Shown here piece after piece: positions 11,786 to 26,388 of a stretch of DNA of 64,000 bases. Under the pieces are notes generated by a model that saw only the letters and a list, made by a program, of their open reading frames with translations, searched no databases and was not told the DNA's origin. The stretch spans positions 124,746,001 through 124,810,000 of the forward strand of contig CM059432.1 in the NCBI GenBank assembly GCA_030390025.1. The letters run 5' to 3'. Origin of the DNA: Squalus acanthias. Its lineage: Eukaryota. Each line of letters opens with the position of its first letter. The stretch's first letter is position 1. The position numbers and the translations under genes were made by a program.

Positions 11786-14700
11786 AATCTAATATGTTGG
11801 TCTCTAAAATACATTCCATAAAGTTTTGCTAAACTGTTTAATGCAAAAATTTGGAGTCTGTATCATTTGCATAAATATTTAGTAAATAGAATACACTTTG
11901 GGTCTTTAAATTTCTATTTTGTTTAGTCAGTTTTGTTAACTCAGTAGAACAGTTTACTCTTGTTAACTGAAGCAAATATGAATGAGTTTAATCAATTAAG
12001 GAGATGCATCTTGAGGGAGCTTTGAGTTTTAGGCAAAATTAGTTAATTGAACCCTTTATAATTTATTGGAATGGTCACATTTGGAATATTGTCTTCATTT
12101 TTTGGATACCCTAACTTCAGAATGATAATTTGTTGGAGAGAATTCAGAGAAGAGCACCAAGGATGAGTTGGGTACTTATGGCTCTAAGTTTGGAAAAGAT
12201 TCACAGGAAAAAAAAAAGTGGAAAAATAATCCAGGTCTTTTAAGATGCTACAAGGCATCAATAAAGCATATGTGAGGAGGCTATTAAACTTCAAATTATG
12301 ATTGCAGTATTTGGTGTCTCAAAAATGTCAAGTGAGATGAGCTTAAAAGTGTGGATTAAACTCCTATCAAATGCTAATGCTATGCTGATTCACTCCTTTA
12401 AAAAGGAACTTGGCAAATATTGGGTTACAAATAAATACAGGTGGTTGAATACTCTGGAGTGCAGATTAATTCTCTTGTTTGAATCATGGAACTGTCATCT
12501 GTGGAATACTGTGTAGTGCTGTTGTGACACCTGCTAATTGTACTATTTTAATTTTGTGTAGAATGAATTGAAAACATCCAACTCTCAATGGGGCTGTCTT
12601 TAAATGAGAGAGAACTGTTTTTCATATAGCACAACACTTTAATGTGAACACCGACTGTGTCAAGATTGAATAATGTTTAATATTCTGGAATTTTTGGCAA
12701 GTTTCCGCAGAGGTTCTGGAGAAAATTTAGAGTTTTGTTAACTTGGAAGTCGTGCGTTTTGGTTCTTCAGCTCCCTCGGGAAATGAAATAGCCAGGGGGA
12801 GCCCATGATTGTGCAAATCACACTTGTTCTGCTGGAAACGGTTAGAGTGTTGAATGTATTTTTTCATTCTCTTCTTAAAGTCGTCTTGTCTACTTGCACA
12901 GTTTACCACATTTATAGTCCATACGTTACGTTGCACTGTCACCTTCCGTAGATTATGTTGCACGACTTGTGTTTCAGCAATCTGCTGAATGACAACAGTT
13001 TAAAATTAGCCCATGGAAGCATTTACATTTTGAAAAGTACAATCCAAGTCATCTAAATAAGATGATTTGGTGTACCATGTTGTAAATGTTCAATGTGTGC
13101 ACAATTGGAGTCATCTGTGTACATATTTGAATGCAAGTTTGCGTCAGTTCTGCATTAATAGAATTGGAAGAGTTGCGTGATTTATATGACAGAATTCAGA
13201 GATAATTCAAGTAATATTTCAGTGAATTGCAGATTTTTTTGGAAACTGTCGTTCACTTTACAGGAATTATCTAATAGATTATTTTTAGGTTAATCAGCTG
13301 GACTTTTAAGTACAGTCAATCACTTTTGCCAGTAGTAAAATGTTGGTTCTGAATTCCTATACGGCATGTGTGTTGAACTGTTTTGTTCATCAGTATCCTT
13401 GTATGAAGGTTCTGTGTGCTTGCAATTGTTAAATTAAATGCAAATGTTCAGTGAATTTTTACACAGTCGAGTAACCGTGTTCTTCTCGAGCCTTTATCAG
13501 CTATATTTGATGTGAAAAAGGAATTCAAAAATAAGCTTAGCAATTAATTTTTAATGTCATTTAATGTATAAGTGTTGCAATCTCTAGATGTCCAAAATGG
13601 GTTAATTACATGTTTAAGAAAACTGGACAGTCAAACAAATCCAGCGATTTCATTGCAGTATTTAATAGCGTAATCCCAAAACTGTCTATAATATCATTGC
13701 AGTTCCTTGGTCTGCACTTTCACATTTTGGAATTTGATGATTACTTCATTCTTAAACTTCTCCTCTTCACGGCCTGTGCACTCTGAGCTCTAGTTGAAGA
13801 AAGAATTAAGCCACAGCTATAGAAATTTCCATCTGCTCTGTCAATGCGGCTTTGTATCCAGCCAACCCAAAGTGCTAAATTGTCTTTAGAGGTGGAAACT
13901 TTGATTTTCTTTCCTTTCTCCCTGTCACGAGCCACCTCACTTTTATTTAGTTCTGTTTCTGGTGACCTAGACATATTGTCCACCGATAATTCAAAGTCTT
14001 TTTTTCTTTGCACTAAAAAATTGAATTAACCAATAATTTGAAGTAAGTAATATAAATATCACAAAGTGGGAAATTAGTGCTTGAAAAATAAGAATTTGAA
14101 TTAAGCAACTTTAACTCAAGGGAAGTAGACAGTATTAGCTCTTCACTATAATTATGGCAAATTCTAAACATAAGAATTTAAAACTAGATCTGTGCATTCG
14201 AACACAGTAAGATTGTGATCGCAATTAAGTTCAGCCATTTAAAAAAAAAATATGGATAGATGTTTACTGCTCCCATTCCAAGTTGGTCTTTTGAGAATTG
14301 AATGTTTTCAACTGTTCCATAAAATATTAAATGTTGCAATTAAGATTGGACACAGATGCACTCGACAATATTCTCTATGGGATTTAATTCACTGTTGCTT
14401 AAATCCTAGACTTCATTGTGTGAGTTAACTAGGGAATTGTATAATGAGTCAACGTGTGCATTTAAATTACTGGGTTTATACCTATTCTGTACCCTCCCAT
14501 TCCCTAGTTGGCATTTGGTGGGGTGTGCTGAGAAGTTAGTATTTGGTTGCTGCTTACAATCTTCAACACTTCCATCTCAATGGGAATCATTATTGTTATG
14601 TACAAAATATACTGACACCGCGTGCCAACTTTATTCTGGCATGTCTAACTCTAAGCATCTGTTGGGTTATGCTCCGTGCCCTGGTCAAATGAGATTTTTT

Positions 14701-16343
14701 TTTCTCTGCGCACAAGAATTCATGACTCAATCCTTGAGTAAAATGTCTCAATACTGCTAGGAAACCTTATTGACTAGGTGTGTTATGAATGTTTATTGTG
14801 CCTGTTCCAGTGGCTTTTTCTTTAAATGCCTGTTTCACCTTTTGATGAGATGAGCAGTTCCTTGTGATGTTTTACTGATCTATCACAGCTGAATGGAGAG
14901 AAGTCGATTACCACTTCAAAGAAAATCGTTTCAGTGGTTGCAGTCGCAGAGCTTCCACTGGGCTTACAGCTGCTTATATTTGTCAGGATAATTTTTCCAT
15001 TATGAAAGCCCTGATGCTATTGCATTGTCTCTAACTTTTTTTTTCATAATTTTGACAGATTTATATCTCGTGTGGGTGTTGGGTGGGGGCACATTAGTGA
15101 ACTTGTTCATGGTGCTAGACAGATGAAATGGTGTTGCAGTGGTTTCCCCCAGTGATCTTTTGAGTGCATATAAATGAAAGGGAAGAGTAAAAGTTGGAAG
15201 TGTTGAAGCCAAAGGGGAAAAAAATAAATTAACAAAGAGAAATTATAATTAATTAAAAAGGGAAAAGTATGAAAGAGAAGATGGATACGCTCTGACTCAA
15301 ACATGCCTACTTTTATTGAGCGTATACTAGAAAATGAACACCACCCTAAGTACCTACCTTACACTGTGAAACACATTTGACAGTACAGTATAGTTAGATC
15401 TGGATTTGTAATCTATTTGATTTGAAAGTTTAGCTATAAATTAGTTGTTTAACTCTACAATCTGCAAATGTTAACTGATCTGTTTGCTTTCTTGAAAAAG
15501 TTACAAATCTTTAGTCAAAATGTATTCTAGTTGTACAGTTCAAAAGACTATTGAGGCTGTTGGGTTTGCTCAACCGGCCTCAAACTTTAAGTTTGCACAG
15601 CTCAAAGAGGAAAATATGCCATTTGTATACGTTGTTGTGGATGAGATGTTTTCTCATTAGTCAACCTAGCTTTATAATTTTTAGTAGGCTTGCATTAGAT
15701 AAACTTGCCAGTAAATACTTTTCCGTTAACTTAAAAATGGATATTTGGAAAAAAAATCTGAAGTAGTGCTTGTCTCCATCCAGTACTATGCATTCCTTTT
15801 CCTTAGCGATATAACATTTTGTGTTGGTGGAGGTTCTGATTTACTCTTAGCTAGCGTCTGCAACAAGCTGGTTTAAAAGCATGGCAATCAAGATCCTTTA
15901 TGGATGTTCATCCAGATCAAAAACAACTCTCCATCTAGTAACAGCTTGGTATACTTACTTGCACCAGCCACCCAGTAACGTGGCTTCAGGTTGATGTCAG
16001 TCGAGTTGGAATTGTGCCTGTACCTTGTGTATTGTGGGAGTTCCTCAGGAGTAATGCGGGATTTCCTCAAGAGCACAACACAGCCATTCCATTCACATTT
16101 CTACTCGCAGCTTTTTTTTAAATGCATGTTTTTGAAGTTAGCTCGAGGACACCTAGCTATGAAAGTACTTGTATAGTGCTGTTCTATAGTGGTTAGTTGT
16201 ATTAGGTTTGAAAAAATGTAAGTGAATTATCCTTTTCAGACTAGCTGATTATAGATTAAAATACTTGTGCAAGCATTTGAAAAAGCCAGTTGTAAGCCAG
16301 ATGTGCTACTTTTGTGGTTTTAACCTCCCATTTTTCCCCCTAG

Positions 16344-16389
16344 GTGTTGCCTCTGAATTTGGAGTCCGAGGTTATCCAACTATCAAATT
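16344..16389 (+). CDS. TMX3: TMX3 coding exon (VASEFGVRGYPTIKL; cis-Pro loop)
   Basis: Polypyrimidine tract plus TAG acceptor, GTAAGT donor; 46 nt, phase 1 to 2, in frame with neighbours. Confidence 0.95.
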
Positions 16390-17149
16390 GTAAGTAAAGG
16401 ATTATAGTATTTTTCATCTTGCACTGTACACACTTGCTTTCTGTTTACTAGGATACTGTCGGTGGCATCCGTTATAGGAGAGTGCACCCATGAAGCACCA
16501 GTGCAGCCTATTTGAATTGGAAATTGAAGGGGCTGCACATGCAGAAATGATTCCAGCTGCTAAGGAGTACATTTCCTCAACTGTATTCCAGCTTCATTAG
16601 TCAATTCTTTTTGAAAATGGCAGCAAGTAGCATTTTATATATCAAAACAATTACTAAGTGCAGGAGATTTTTTGTCTTGTTTGAGCACCAATCTAGGTAT
16701 GCTGTCCAATCTACCAACATACCAATTTTAACAATTTCTCTAACCAAGGGCAGAGGTTGGGCAGAATGTGGGTAATAATGATTTGAACCAAAACTATATT
16801 TAAGTGTATGGCAAACCAGATTAGTGAAGCTATAAAAGCTAGCATCAGTGACCTCTGTATTAAGTTCAAATGGTCGGGATGTAAGGAAAATAAGAAAAGC
16901 CTGAGAAGAGGATTATATGGAGAAAGAATGGTTGGGTTGGCAGAAAAACATATATTGTGTATGCATGCAATGCTGAAGGTAATGGGCCAAATCAGTTGGA
17001 GGGAGGCAACGTGAAGGATTAGTCTACTTGGCTTGCCTTCACTAATCTACCTGTCCACGATAGGATTGTTAGGAATCTAACCCGCAGGCTTTGGCACTCC
17101 ATCGTTAATGTGGCACTACCGCAGTGGTTAGTGGAACAGACTAAGGACA

Positions 17150-17970
17150 ACTGCAGCATCATTTCCCCACTTTTATATTCCAGCCCTCTTGAGATAAAGG
17201 CCAACATTTCATTAGCCTTTGTGATTACAAGCTAGTGCACAGGTACTAAAAGTATTTATTTGTGTACGTGGGCATCTCAACCCCTTTGCTACTCCACAGG
17301 TCTTTGTGTCTCACCATTAAGAAAATATTCTGTTTTGTCTGTCTCTGATCTGAAGTGGATGACCTCACACGTCCCCACATTGAACTCCATCTGCCAAAAT
17401 TTTGCCCACTCACTTAATCTGTCTGTCCCTTTTGTAACTTCCTGCTCCCATCTATACAACTTCCTATGCCCCCCTAACTTAGTGTCATCTGCAAACTTGG
17501 ATTTACAACACTATTCCTTCATTTAATATATTGTGAAAAGCTGAGGCACCAGTACAGATCCTAGGAAACACCACTTGTCACATCCTGCCAATCAGAGAAC
17601 AAACCCTTTATCCTGCCTCTGTCTCCTACCTCCCAACCAATTACCAGCCCATTTTACAAGGTTACTTCTAATTATGTGCACTTTCATTTTTGATAATTTT
17701 TGCCGAACCTTATCAAACACCTTCTGGAATTCCATATGGACAATATCCATGGACATCCTCTATCCACCATGCCCGTGACCACCTCAAAAAAAATTCAACT
17801 AGATTAGTCAGACATGACCAACTCTTCACAAATCCATGCTGGCGGTTTTTGATCAGCTCATAGTTGTCCAAGTGCTTAAATCCTCCCCACAACTGATGTC
17901 AAACTGACAGGCCTATAGTTACCTGGTCTCTTCCCTCCCTCCCATCGTAAACAATGGAGTGACATTTGCA
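17150..17970 (-). mobile_element. CR1 (HER1-like) LINE RT fragment, degraded
   Basis: Minus-strand remnants MLAFISRGLEYKS and KFADDTKLGG. Confidence 0.75.
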
Positions 17971-18059
17971 TATATAATAATTGTTACAATCACAAGAATT
18001 ACAAATTGTATTCTACCAATCAGAATTGATGCTACAGATGCAAGATTTTTAACAATATA

Positions 18060-18235
18060 AAGGAAAAGGAAAGACTTGCATTTATATAGAACCTTTCACA
18101 ATCAAGGCGTCCCAAAGCGCTTTTCGGCCAATTAAGTACTTTTGAAATATAGTCACTGTTATAATGTAGGGAAACGCAGCAGCCAATTTACGCACAGCAA
18201 AGTCCCACAAACAGCAATGACACACATGACCCGAC
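18060..18235 (-). mobile_element. 3' tail fragment of SacSINE1/DeuSINE-like SINE
   Basis: Colinear with 39060-39240 (GACTTGCATTTATAT...CCCAAAGCGCTTT...CACAAACAGCAATG). Confidence 0.75.
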
Positions 18236-18619
18236 AGTGTGTTTTATAAACATAACTGGATTGATTGCCTGTCACATCCAAAACCTCCAAGTTAATTTGA
18301 GAGTATTTATTAAAACTACGTTTGTGAATACGGCATTCTTAAATGCATTACTGAAGTTGAAAATGAAAGATTAACTTTGTAATTTATCATGTGTCTTAAC
18401 AGCAATATAGATCTAATTGAGATGGTAATACCTGTTCTAAAATAATAGTGAACTCCGCATGTAGGTTGTTGGTAAACCCTGCACTTTTGCATTAATTTAG
18501 GTTCTGCGTGTGTTCTCTATTGAGGTTAATCTGCCATACTTCACTCACCTGTAGGACAAGATGATGGTTGATGAACAATTGTAAAATATCACAGTTCAAG
18601 ATTTTATTTATTAACTTAG

Positions 18620-18700
18620 GTTAAAAGGAGACCTTGCATACAATTACAGAGGACCTCGTACCAAAGAGGATATCATTGAGTTTTCTAACAGAGTGTCTGG
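18620..18700 (+). CDS. TMX3: TMX3 coding exon (LKGDLAYNYRGPRTKEDIIEFSNRVSG)
   Basis: TTAG acceptor, GTAAGT donor; 81 nt, phase 2 to 2; near-identical to TMX3 LKGDLAYNYRGPRTKDDIIEFAHRVSG. Confidence 0.96.
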
Positions 18701-20842
18701 GTAAGTGAAATCTCCTACTTTCCCTTGAAATTTTAAATTATAAGAAACTTATTCATCAGTCTGCATTGTGATGCTGTTCAATTCATCCTGCAGTGTGACA
18801 CAGCATTTCCATTTATCCAAGCTCTAGCCATTTGAGTGTTTTTCGTTTAGTGTACCTTTTATCTATTTCAAAACTCTCATCACTTTAGTATTCAGAGTGC
18901 TTATGACTCAAATCATACACTGAAGAAATGAGATATAATAGAGAAATATTACCCAGGATACAGTAATATGTGCCTCCTTTAATTTTAAAATGCCAATTGT
19001 GCTCTCTTGCTGTGTCTATCAGACAAGATCAAGCACCTGTTGTTTCCCTTTGCTCCAATGGAGCAGTTTCATTAATGAGTAGAAAACACAACCATGGGGG
19101 TGGGAGGACGGTATTCACTTTTTCACCTGTCTTTTAACTGAATTCAGTGGGAGTTCCCTTGGGTTTGATTCCTTTAGGGTGTAATAATTGAAATGAGGAG
19201 CTGATTGAAAAAAGGGAGAATACTAGAAAGAAAAAGGCCAGATTTCAAAAGCTTAATTCGGATAAAGTTTGTGTGTGGAAGAGAGAGAGGGGAAAAAAAG
19301 GCAATACTGACTAGACACCCGTTGTAGTGTTTTGTTTTCTATAAGCTCCAGAAAACATCATAATCTGAGAGTGTCTTTCCTCATCCGAATTTCAGTTAAT
19401 TTTTCAAAATAAAACACAAGTTGGATTTTGAATTAAACCGTCTGTCACCTATATTTTGTTGTTGGGTAGAAAATGTAAAGATTCTAATTACTGACACCTG
19501 TGAGACAGACAGCTAGAGAGACACAGAGAAGGGATGGACAGTTCCTTTCCTCATCCTAATTTGAGGATTTTTTAAAAATCAAGCAAGTTGAATTTTGAGT
19601 GCAAATCAAATCTCTTGAGAGAAGCAGATAGGAAGTTATGGGCAGAGGATAAGAGGGGGCCTCTTGCCAACAACCCTTGGGATTTTTGGATATTAAGGGA
19701 TATGGGGATAGTGCAGGAAAGTGGAGTTGAGGTAGAAGATCAGCCATGATCTTATTGAATGGGCTCGAGGAGCCGAATGGCCTACTCCTGCTCCTATTTC
19801 TTATGTTCTTATTGAAGGGAGATCTAATGGTGAAGTGAGTGATAGTGTGAGGGAAGTGAAGGGTACGCATAGTTCAAAAAGGAAGAAATGGGAGGGGGGG
19901 AATCATGCATGATGAATTGAACCAGTGAGGGTTGTAGGCCACATTTCCCTGAAACCCCCATTGGAAAATGCTGTCTGAAGCACTCGTGGCTCCTTTTCCC
20001 ACCACCCCTCACCCCCCGCCCGAGAAGAAAGAAGAAAAATAGAAGAAAAAGTATAAAAGACAGAGAAAGAAACTGCAACAGGAAGGCATCAGAAATGATT
20101 AAGAGGCGCCATATTCTCTGACTTGGCATGTGCAACACCATGGGAGATTGACTAGTAATATCTATAAAAAGGAATGGTGTGTCTAAAATTTAAAGTAACT
20201 AATAGATTGCTGTTATATCCCATAAAACCAATAATCTTTTAACAATCTATAATAATTAAATTTATTTTGTTTTTTCTCTTTCCTCTCTTTCCCACACCTC
20301 ACATATGTACCAATTCTAAACCAAATGATTTGTTTAAGCTTCGCCCAAGAACATCTGTTATCAGCTGCTAGGAACTTGGCACTTCTGGTGCACTCCTACC
20401 GTAATGCTGGGAGTGCAGCAGAGGGGAGCAGGAATTAGGCGAGGCTCTGAGATCCAGGTCTCTATCTTGCATCAAAGATTCTTTTGGTCTTTGGGGCAGA
20501 GCATCTTCGGAGGCTGGTACGCCAAGATGTGAAATGTATACTGAGCTTTTCTATGGTGGTTGTAGGGCCCACATGGGTGTCCAGGATCATGACAGCCTTA
20601 CAAAGGTAAATTTGTACTATTGATTTTCCTATGTATTTCCTTGTCGGCTCCTTAGCGCAGAATAATTCTTGTTATTTATCTCTGTCCCTTTCCGATTATG
20701 CCTTTTTGCATGGAAATGTACCCTCTGCAGCATTTTGTACCGCCCATTAACTGCGTAATAATCTGTACATTTGAGAGGGCATGAAGAGTCAAGCATGTAG
20801 TGTTGGAATTAGTCACATTTGGCCACACCAAGCAGGTTCCCT

Positions 20843-21824
20843 ACTTCTTCTTAGGCAGTCCCTCGGAACTGAGGATGACTTGCTTCCACATTAAAAATGA
20901 GTTTGCAGGTGACTGATGAGTCCAATGCAGGACCTACAGTCTGTCACAGGTGGGGCAGACGGTGGTTGAAGGGGCGGGTGGGTGGGGTACTTGGGTTGAC
21001 GTGCTCCTTGCGCTGCCTGCGCTTGGCTTCCGCTTGCTCCTGGCGAAGAGACTTGAGGTGTTCGGCACCTTCCCGGATGTTTCTCCTCCACTTTGTGCGG
21101 TCTTGGGCCAGGGATTCCCAGGTGTCAGTGGGGATGTTGCACTTTTTCAAGGAGGCTTTGCGGGTGTCCTTGAAGCGTTTCCTCTGCCCACCTGGGGCTC
21201 TCTTGCTGTGCCGGAGCTCCGAGTAGAGCGCTTGTTTCGGGAGTCTCTTATCGGGCATGTGGACAATGTGACCCGTCCATCGGAACTGATCGAGCATGGT
21301 CAAAGCTTCGATGCTGGGGATGTTGGCCTGAGCGAGAACACTGATGTTGGTGTGCCTATCCTGCCAATGGATTTGCAGGATCTTGCGGAGGCAGCGTTGG
21401 TGGTACCCCTCCAGTGCTTTGAAGTGCCTGCTGTACATGGTCCATGTCTCTGAGGCATACAGCAGGGTGGGTATCACTGCTGCTCTGTAGACCATGAGCT
21501 TAGTGCCGGGTTTGAGGTCCTGGTCTTCAAACACTCTCTTCCTCAGGCGACCGAAGGCTGCACTGGCACACTGAAGGCAGTGTTGGACTTCGTCATCGAC
21601 GTCTGCCCTTGTTGACGGTAGGCTTCCGAGGTATGGAAAGTGGTCCACGTTGTCCACGGCCTTGTGGATTTTGATAATCGGGGCAGTACTGTGTAGCGGG
21701 GGCAGGTTGGTAGAGAACCTTTGTCTTACGGATGTTTAGTGTAAGGCCCATGCTCTCGTACGCTTCGGTGAAGGTGTTGACGATGGTTTGGAGTTGGACC
21801 TCCCAGTGAGTGCAGACGCAAGCG
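20843..21824 (-). mobile_element. RTE-clade LINE, 5'-truncated (RT C-terminal part)
   Basis: ORF 20944-21657: VDHFPYLGS, AFGRLRKRVF, LLYASETWT, HQRCLRKIL, RWTGHIVHM, RLPKQALYSEL; (AAG)n-like tail. Confidence 0.9.
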
Positions 21825-21859
21825 AAGGATATTCGCAGACGCAAGCGAAGGATATAACT

Positions 21860-22002
21860 AGAAGGATATTCGCAAACAAGTTGGGTTTTTTACAAAAAGT
21901 TTTCTGATGCCAGTCCACAAATTGCTAGATTTATTAAATTTAGTTTCACAATGTGGTTCTAGGTTGCTAGTCCAGTATCATAACCACTATGTACCCTACC
22001 CC
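21860..22002 (-). mobile_element. tRNA-derived head related to the head of the 4321 LINE, interrupted by the RTE insertion (continues at about 20790-20842)
   Basis: Reverse complement GGTACATAGTGGTTATGATACTGGACTAGCAACC...AATAAATCT...AAAAAACCCAACT resembles 4325-4500. Confidence 0.6.
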
Positions 22003-22017
22003 CAGGGTCTTGGGGTT

Positions 22018-22935
22018 ATAGAATTATAGAATTTTACAGCGCAGAAGTAGGTTATTCGGCCCATCGTGCCTGTGTTGGCTCTTTTGAAAGAGCTATCCAA
22101 TTAGTATCACTCCCCTAGCTTTTTCCTCATAGCCGTGCAAATTTGATCTTTTCAAGTGTATATCCAATTCCCTTTTGAAAGTTACTATTGAATTTGCTTT
22201 CACCACCCTTTTAGGCAGTGCATTCCAGATCATGACAACTCGCAGTGTAAAGATATTTCTCCTGATCACCCCTGTTGTTTTTTGCCAATTATCTTATCTT
22301 TGCCAGTGGAAACCGTTTCTTCATATCTACTCGATCAAAACCCCTTATAATTTTGAGCACCTCTATTAAATCACCTTAATCTTCTCCGCTCTAAGGAGAA
22401 CAATCCCAGCTTCTCCAGTCTCTCCACATAACTGAAGTCCTCCATCCCTGGTAGCATGCTAATAAATCTCCTCTGCATCTTCTTCAAGGCCTTGACATCC
22501 TTCCTATAGTGTGGTGTCCAGAATTGGACACAATACTCCAGCTGAGGCCTAACCAGTGATTTATAAAGGTTTAGCATAACTTCTTTGCTTTTGTACTCTT
22601 TCTCTCTTAACAAAGCCATGGGTCCCATATGCTTTATTAACTGCTTTAGCAACTTGTCCTGCCACCTTCAAAGATGCATATATGTAAATTCCTAGGTGTC
22701 TCTGTTCTGCACCCTCTTTAAAATTGTACCATTTAGTTTATATTTCTTCTCATTTGTCCTCCCAAAATGCATCACATCACACTTCTCTGCATTAAATTAC
22801 ATCTGCTATGTATCTGCCTATTTCACCAGTCTGTCCATGTCCTCCTGAAGTCTGCTACTATACTCTTCACTCTTTACTGTTTTGTGTCACCTGAAAACTT
22901 TGAAGTTATGACCCCTAGACCCAAGTCCGGGTCAT
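22018..22935 (-). mobile_element. CR1 (HER1-like) LINE 3' fragment
   Basis: YKSKEVMLNLYKSLVRPQLEYCVQFWTPHYRKD..LEKLGLFSLERRRLR; short repeated tail. Confidence 0.88.
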
Positions 22936-23195
22936 TACTATGTATAAAAAAGCATGTTCTGCTAGTGACCACTAATGTAAGTATTCCTGCAGTCTTAGGG
23001 ATGGTCATTTGAAAGCAGGCAATCAGTGCTGTCCAATATAACTGTGCCCAAATGTTTCCCTCTTTGGGTAAGCACAATGATGCAACACACTAGAGCACTA
23101 GCCTACTCAGAACAGGGGTTCAAGCCATGGGTTCTCGTATAGAAAAGAGGAATTTGAGCAATTATTCCTCATTCACCGAATTGCTGACCTTAGCT

Positions 23196-24985
23196 ATAAG
23201 AACATAAGAAATAAGAGCAGGAGTAGGCCATACGGCCCTCCGCCATTCAATAAGATCATGGCTGATCATCTACATCAACTCCACTTTCCGGCTCAATCTC
23301 CATATCCCTTGATTCCCCTAGAGTCTAAAAATCTATCTATCTCAGCCTTGAATATACTCAAAGACTCAGCATTCACAGCCCTCTGGGGCAGAGAATTCCA
23401 AAGGTTCACAACCCTCTGAGTAAAGAAATTCCTCCTCATCTCTGTCCTACCCCTTATTCTGAGACTATGCCCCCTAGTTCTAGACACTCCAGCCAGGGGA
23501 ACCAACCTCTCAGCATCTACCCTATCAATCCCCTTCAGAATCTTGCATGTTTCAATGAGATCACCTCTCATTCTTCTAAACTCCAGAGAGTATAGGCCCA
23601 TTCTACACAATCTCTCATCATAGGACAACCCACTCATCCCAGGAATTAATCTAGTGAACCTTTGTTGCACCACCTCCAAGGCAAGTATATCCTTCCTTAG
23701 ATAAGGAGACCAAAACTCTGCACAGTACTCCAGGTGTGGTCTCACCAAGGCCCTGTACAATAGTAGCAAGACTTCCTTACTCTTGTACACCAACCCCCTT
23801 GCAATAAAGGCCAGCATGACATTTGCCTTCCTTATTGCTTGCTGTGTTTCTTGCACGAGGACACCCAAATCTCTCTGAACACCAACATTTGAAAGTTTAT
23901 CTCCATTTAAAAAATATTCTGTTTTTCTATTCTTCCTACCAAAGTAAATAACCTCACATTTCCCTACATTATACTCCATCTGCCACCTTACTGCACACTC
24001 ACTTAGTCTATCTATATCCCTTTGCAGATTCTTTGTGTTCTCCTCACAACTTACTGTCCCACCTAGCTTTGTATCATCAGCAAACTTGGATACATTACAC
24101 TCGGTCCCTTCATCTAGGTCATTAATATAGATTGTAAATAGCTGAGGCCCCAATACTGATCCTTGCGGCACCCCACTAGTTACAGCCTGCCAACCTGAAA
24201 ATGATCCGTTTATCCCTACTCTCTGTTTTCTGTCTGTTAACCAATCCTCTATCCATGCTACTATATTACCTCAACCCCATGAGCCCTAATCTTGTGTAAT
24301 AACCTTTTATGTGGCACCTTATCGAATGCCTTTTGGAAATCCAAATATACTACATCCACTGGTTCCCCTTTATCTACCCTGCTAGTTACATCCTCAAAAA
24401 ACTCTAATAAATTTGTCAAACACGATTTCCCTTTCATGAAACCATGTTGACTCTGCCTAACCATATTATAATTTTCTAAGTGACTTGATACCACTTCCTT
24501 AACAATGGATTCCAGCATTTTCCCGATGACTGATGTCAGGCTAACTGGCCTGTAGTTCCTTGTTTTTTTTCTCCCTCCTTTCTTGAATAGCGGTGTTACA
24601 TTTGCGACCTCCCAATCCGCTGGGACCATTCTCGAATCTACGGAATTTTGGAAGATCAAAACCAATGCATCCACTATCTCTTCAGCCACCTCTTTTAGAA
24701 CCCTAGGATGTAGGCCGTCAGGTCCAGGGGATTTGTTGACTTTTAGTCCCATTAGTTTCTTTAGTACTTTTTCTCTACTTATATTAATTACGTTAAGTTC
24801 CTCACCCTCATTAGACCCTTGGTTCCCCAGCATTTTTGGTATGCTTTTTGTGTCTTCTACTGTGAAGACAGATACAAAATATTTGTTTAACGTTTCTGCC
24901 ATTTCCTTATTCCCCATAATAATTTCTCCTGTCTCAGCCTCTAAGGGACCAATGTTTACTTTTGCTACTCTCTCCCTTTTTACAT
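23196..24985 (-). mobile_element. CR1 (HER1-like) LINE, 5'-truncated, RT largely intact but frameshifted
   Basis: ORFs 24261-24917 (KSPGPDG, NYRPVSLTS, QHGF, YLDFQKAFDKV) and 23293-24171 (PQGSVLGP, FADDTK); (TTCTTATG)-type tail. Confidence 0.95.
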
Positions 24986-26388
24986 ACTATCTGTTATGTC
25001 TTACAGGAAAAGAAAGGAAATTGGAAGATGAGTAGTCCTAGGCAACCTTTGGGCAGATTATTTCAGCATAGTGTTGGAGGCCTGGGAGCAGGTTGCCTTA
25101 TAGTTGGGAATAGTGCATGGCATAGAGGACCAGCAGAAAGAAGTATTAAAAGTAACATGAGTTAATTATACTACTACCTTTTGTTAGTGCAAAGTGGTTT
25201 TGCAACAAGTTTGCTTTCTTCACTTTGAATTTGCTCTCCATTTATGTTTAATTTTACTTTTCTGGTGTTTTATGTTGCAGTACTTCCTTTAACAACTTGG
25301 TTATCAAGCAATTGTTTTCTTGATCGCTCTTATTTTTACTCTGTCCCTTACAAATATGCAAGCCTGCCATCTGCTGGATAATGCTGTTGCTAATACTTGT
25401 TGTCTGATCAGGGATGCATACCTAGTGTTGGTTTCTCATCTCAAGGTGCCCACTTTAAGAATTATACAGATATGTCAGATGGCTCTACTGTGAGCTCACA
25501 AGATTTGATTTGAACCAAAACTCCAATTTTACCATCAATACTAAAAAGGGTAATGGTATAATTACTGAGTGTTGTTTCAGGAGATGTGTATCTTAACTGT
25601 GTAATGGTAAATTTGATATTGGGAAATAGTTTCACAAGATTAATAAATCTGAAATTATAGTCATTCTGTTGTAGATATCTGAAGTGCCATGTTAGATGGT
25701 TTACATGGAGTTCCTACAATAGGGAAGAGTATGGAGGACACTGGCATTTCCCTGCCTTCTATATAATATTTTCTAATTCTCTTGATGCAAGAGTAGAAGG
25801 AAGTAATGCACATGGGAAGGGAGATGGGGTGAGTGCACTCAGTAACACGTCATGGAGGTGGATGGAGTCACAAGGATATCAGGAAGTGGCTGCATAGCTC
25901 AGTTGGGTGCTGAGTGCACATGGGCACCTCTTGAGCACTGTATGTAAACCATGTAACATGATAGATACTTGAAATAAAGTGAGTACAATTTCAGATTTGT
26001 TGGTCTTTTGTGAAGTTGTAAGCTGGTACCACATTTACCATTGCACAGTTGAGAGATGCATCTCCTGAATCCCCCCTCAAGCAATATTGATGTGAATTTG
26101 GAGGTTAGTTCATTTTAACCCCAACAGCTTAATTCCATACCTTTTCAACATTAACAAATGGTCTTAATTAAACCCAAATGAATATGAAGATCTGCACAAG
26201 TCAGATATTGCTATTTTAAAATGTTCACTGGTAAGGAAGAATAATGTTTACCACCTGCTGCATAGTCTTATTTATAGTATTCCCATCACTGGTGTTCCCA
26301 CTGTAAGCCTTCTATTGGTACAGCAGAGACAGTTAGTGTCATACCAGTGCACATGCAGCTTCCCAAAGCACAAGTCTTACCATCACCT

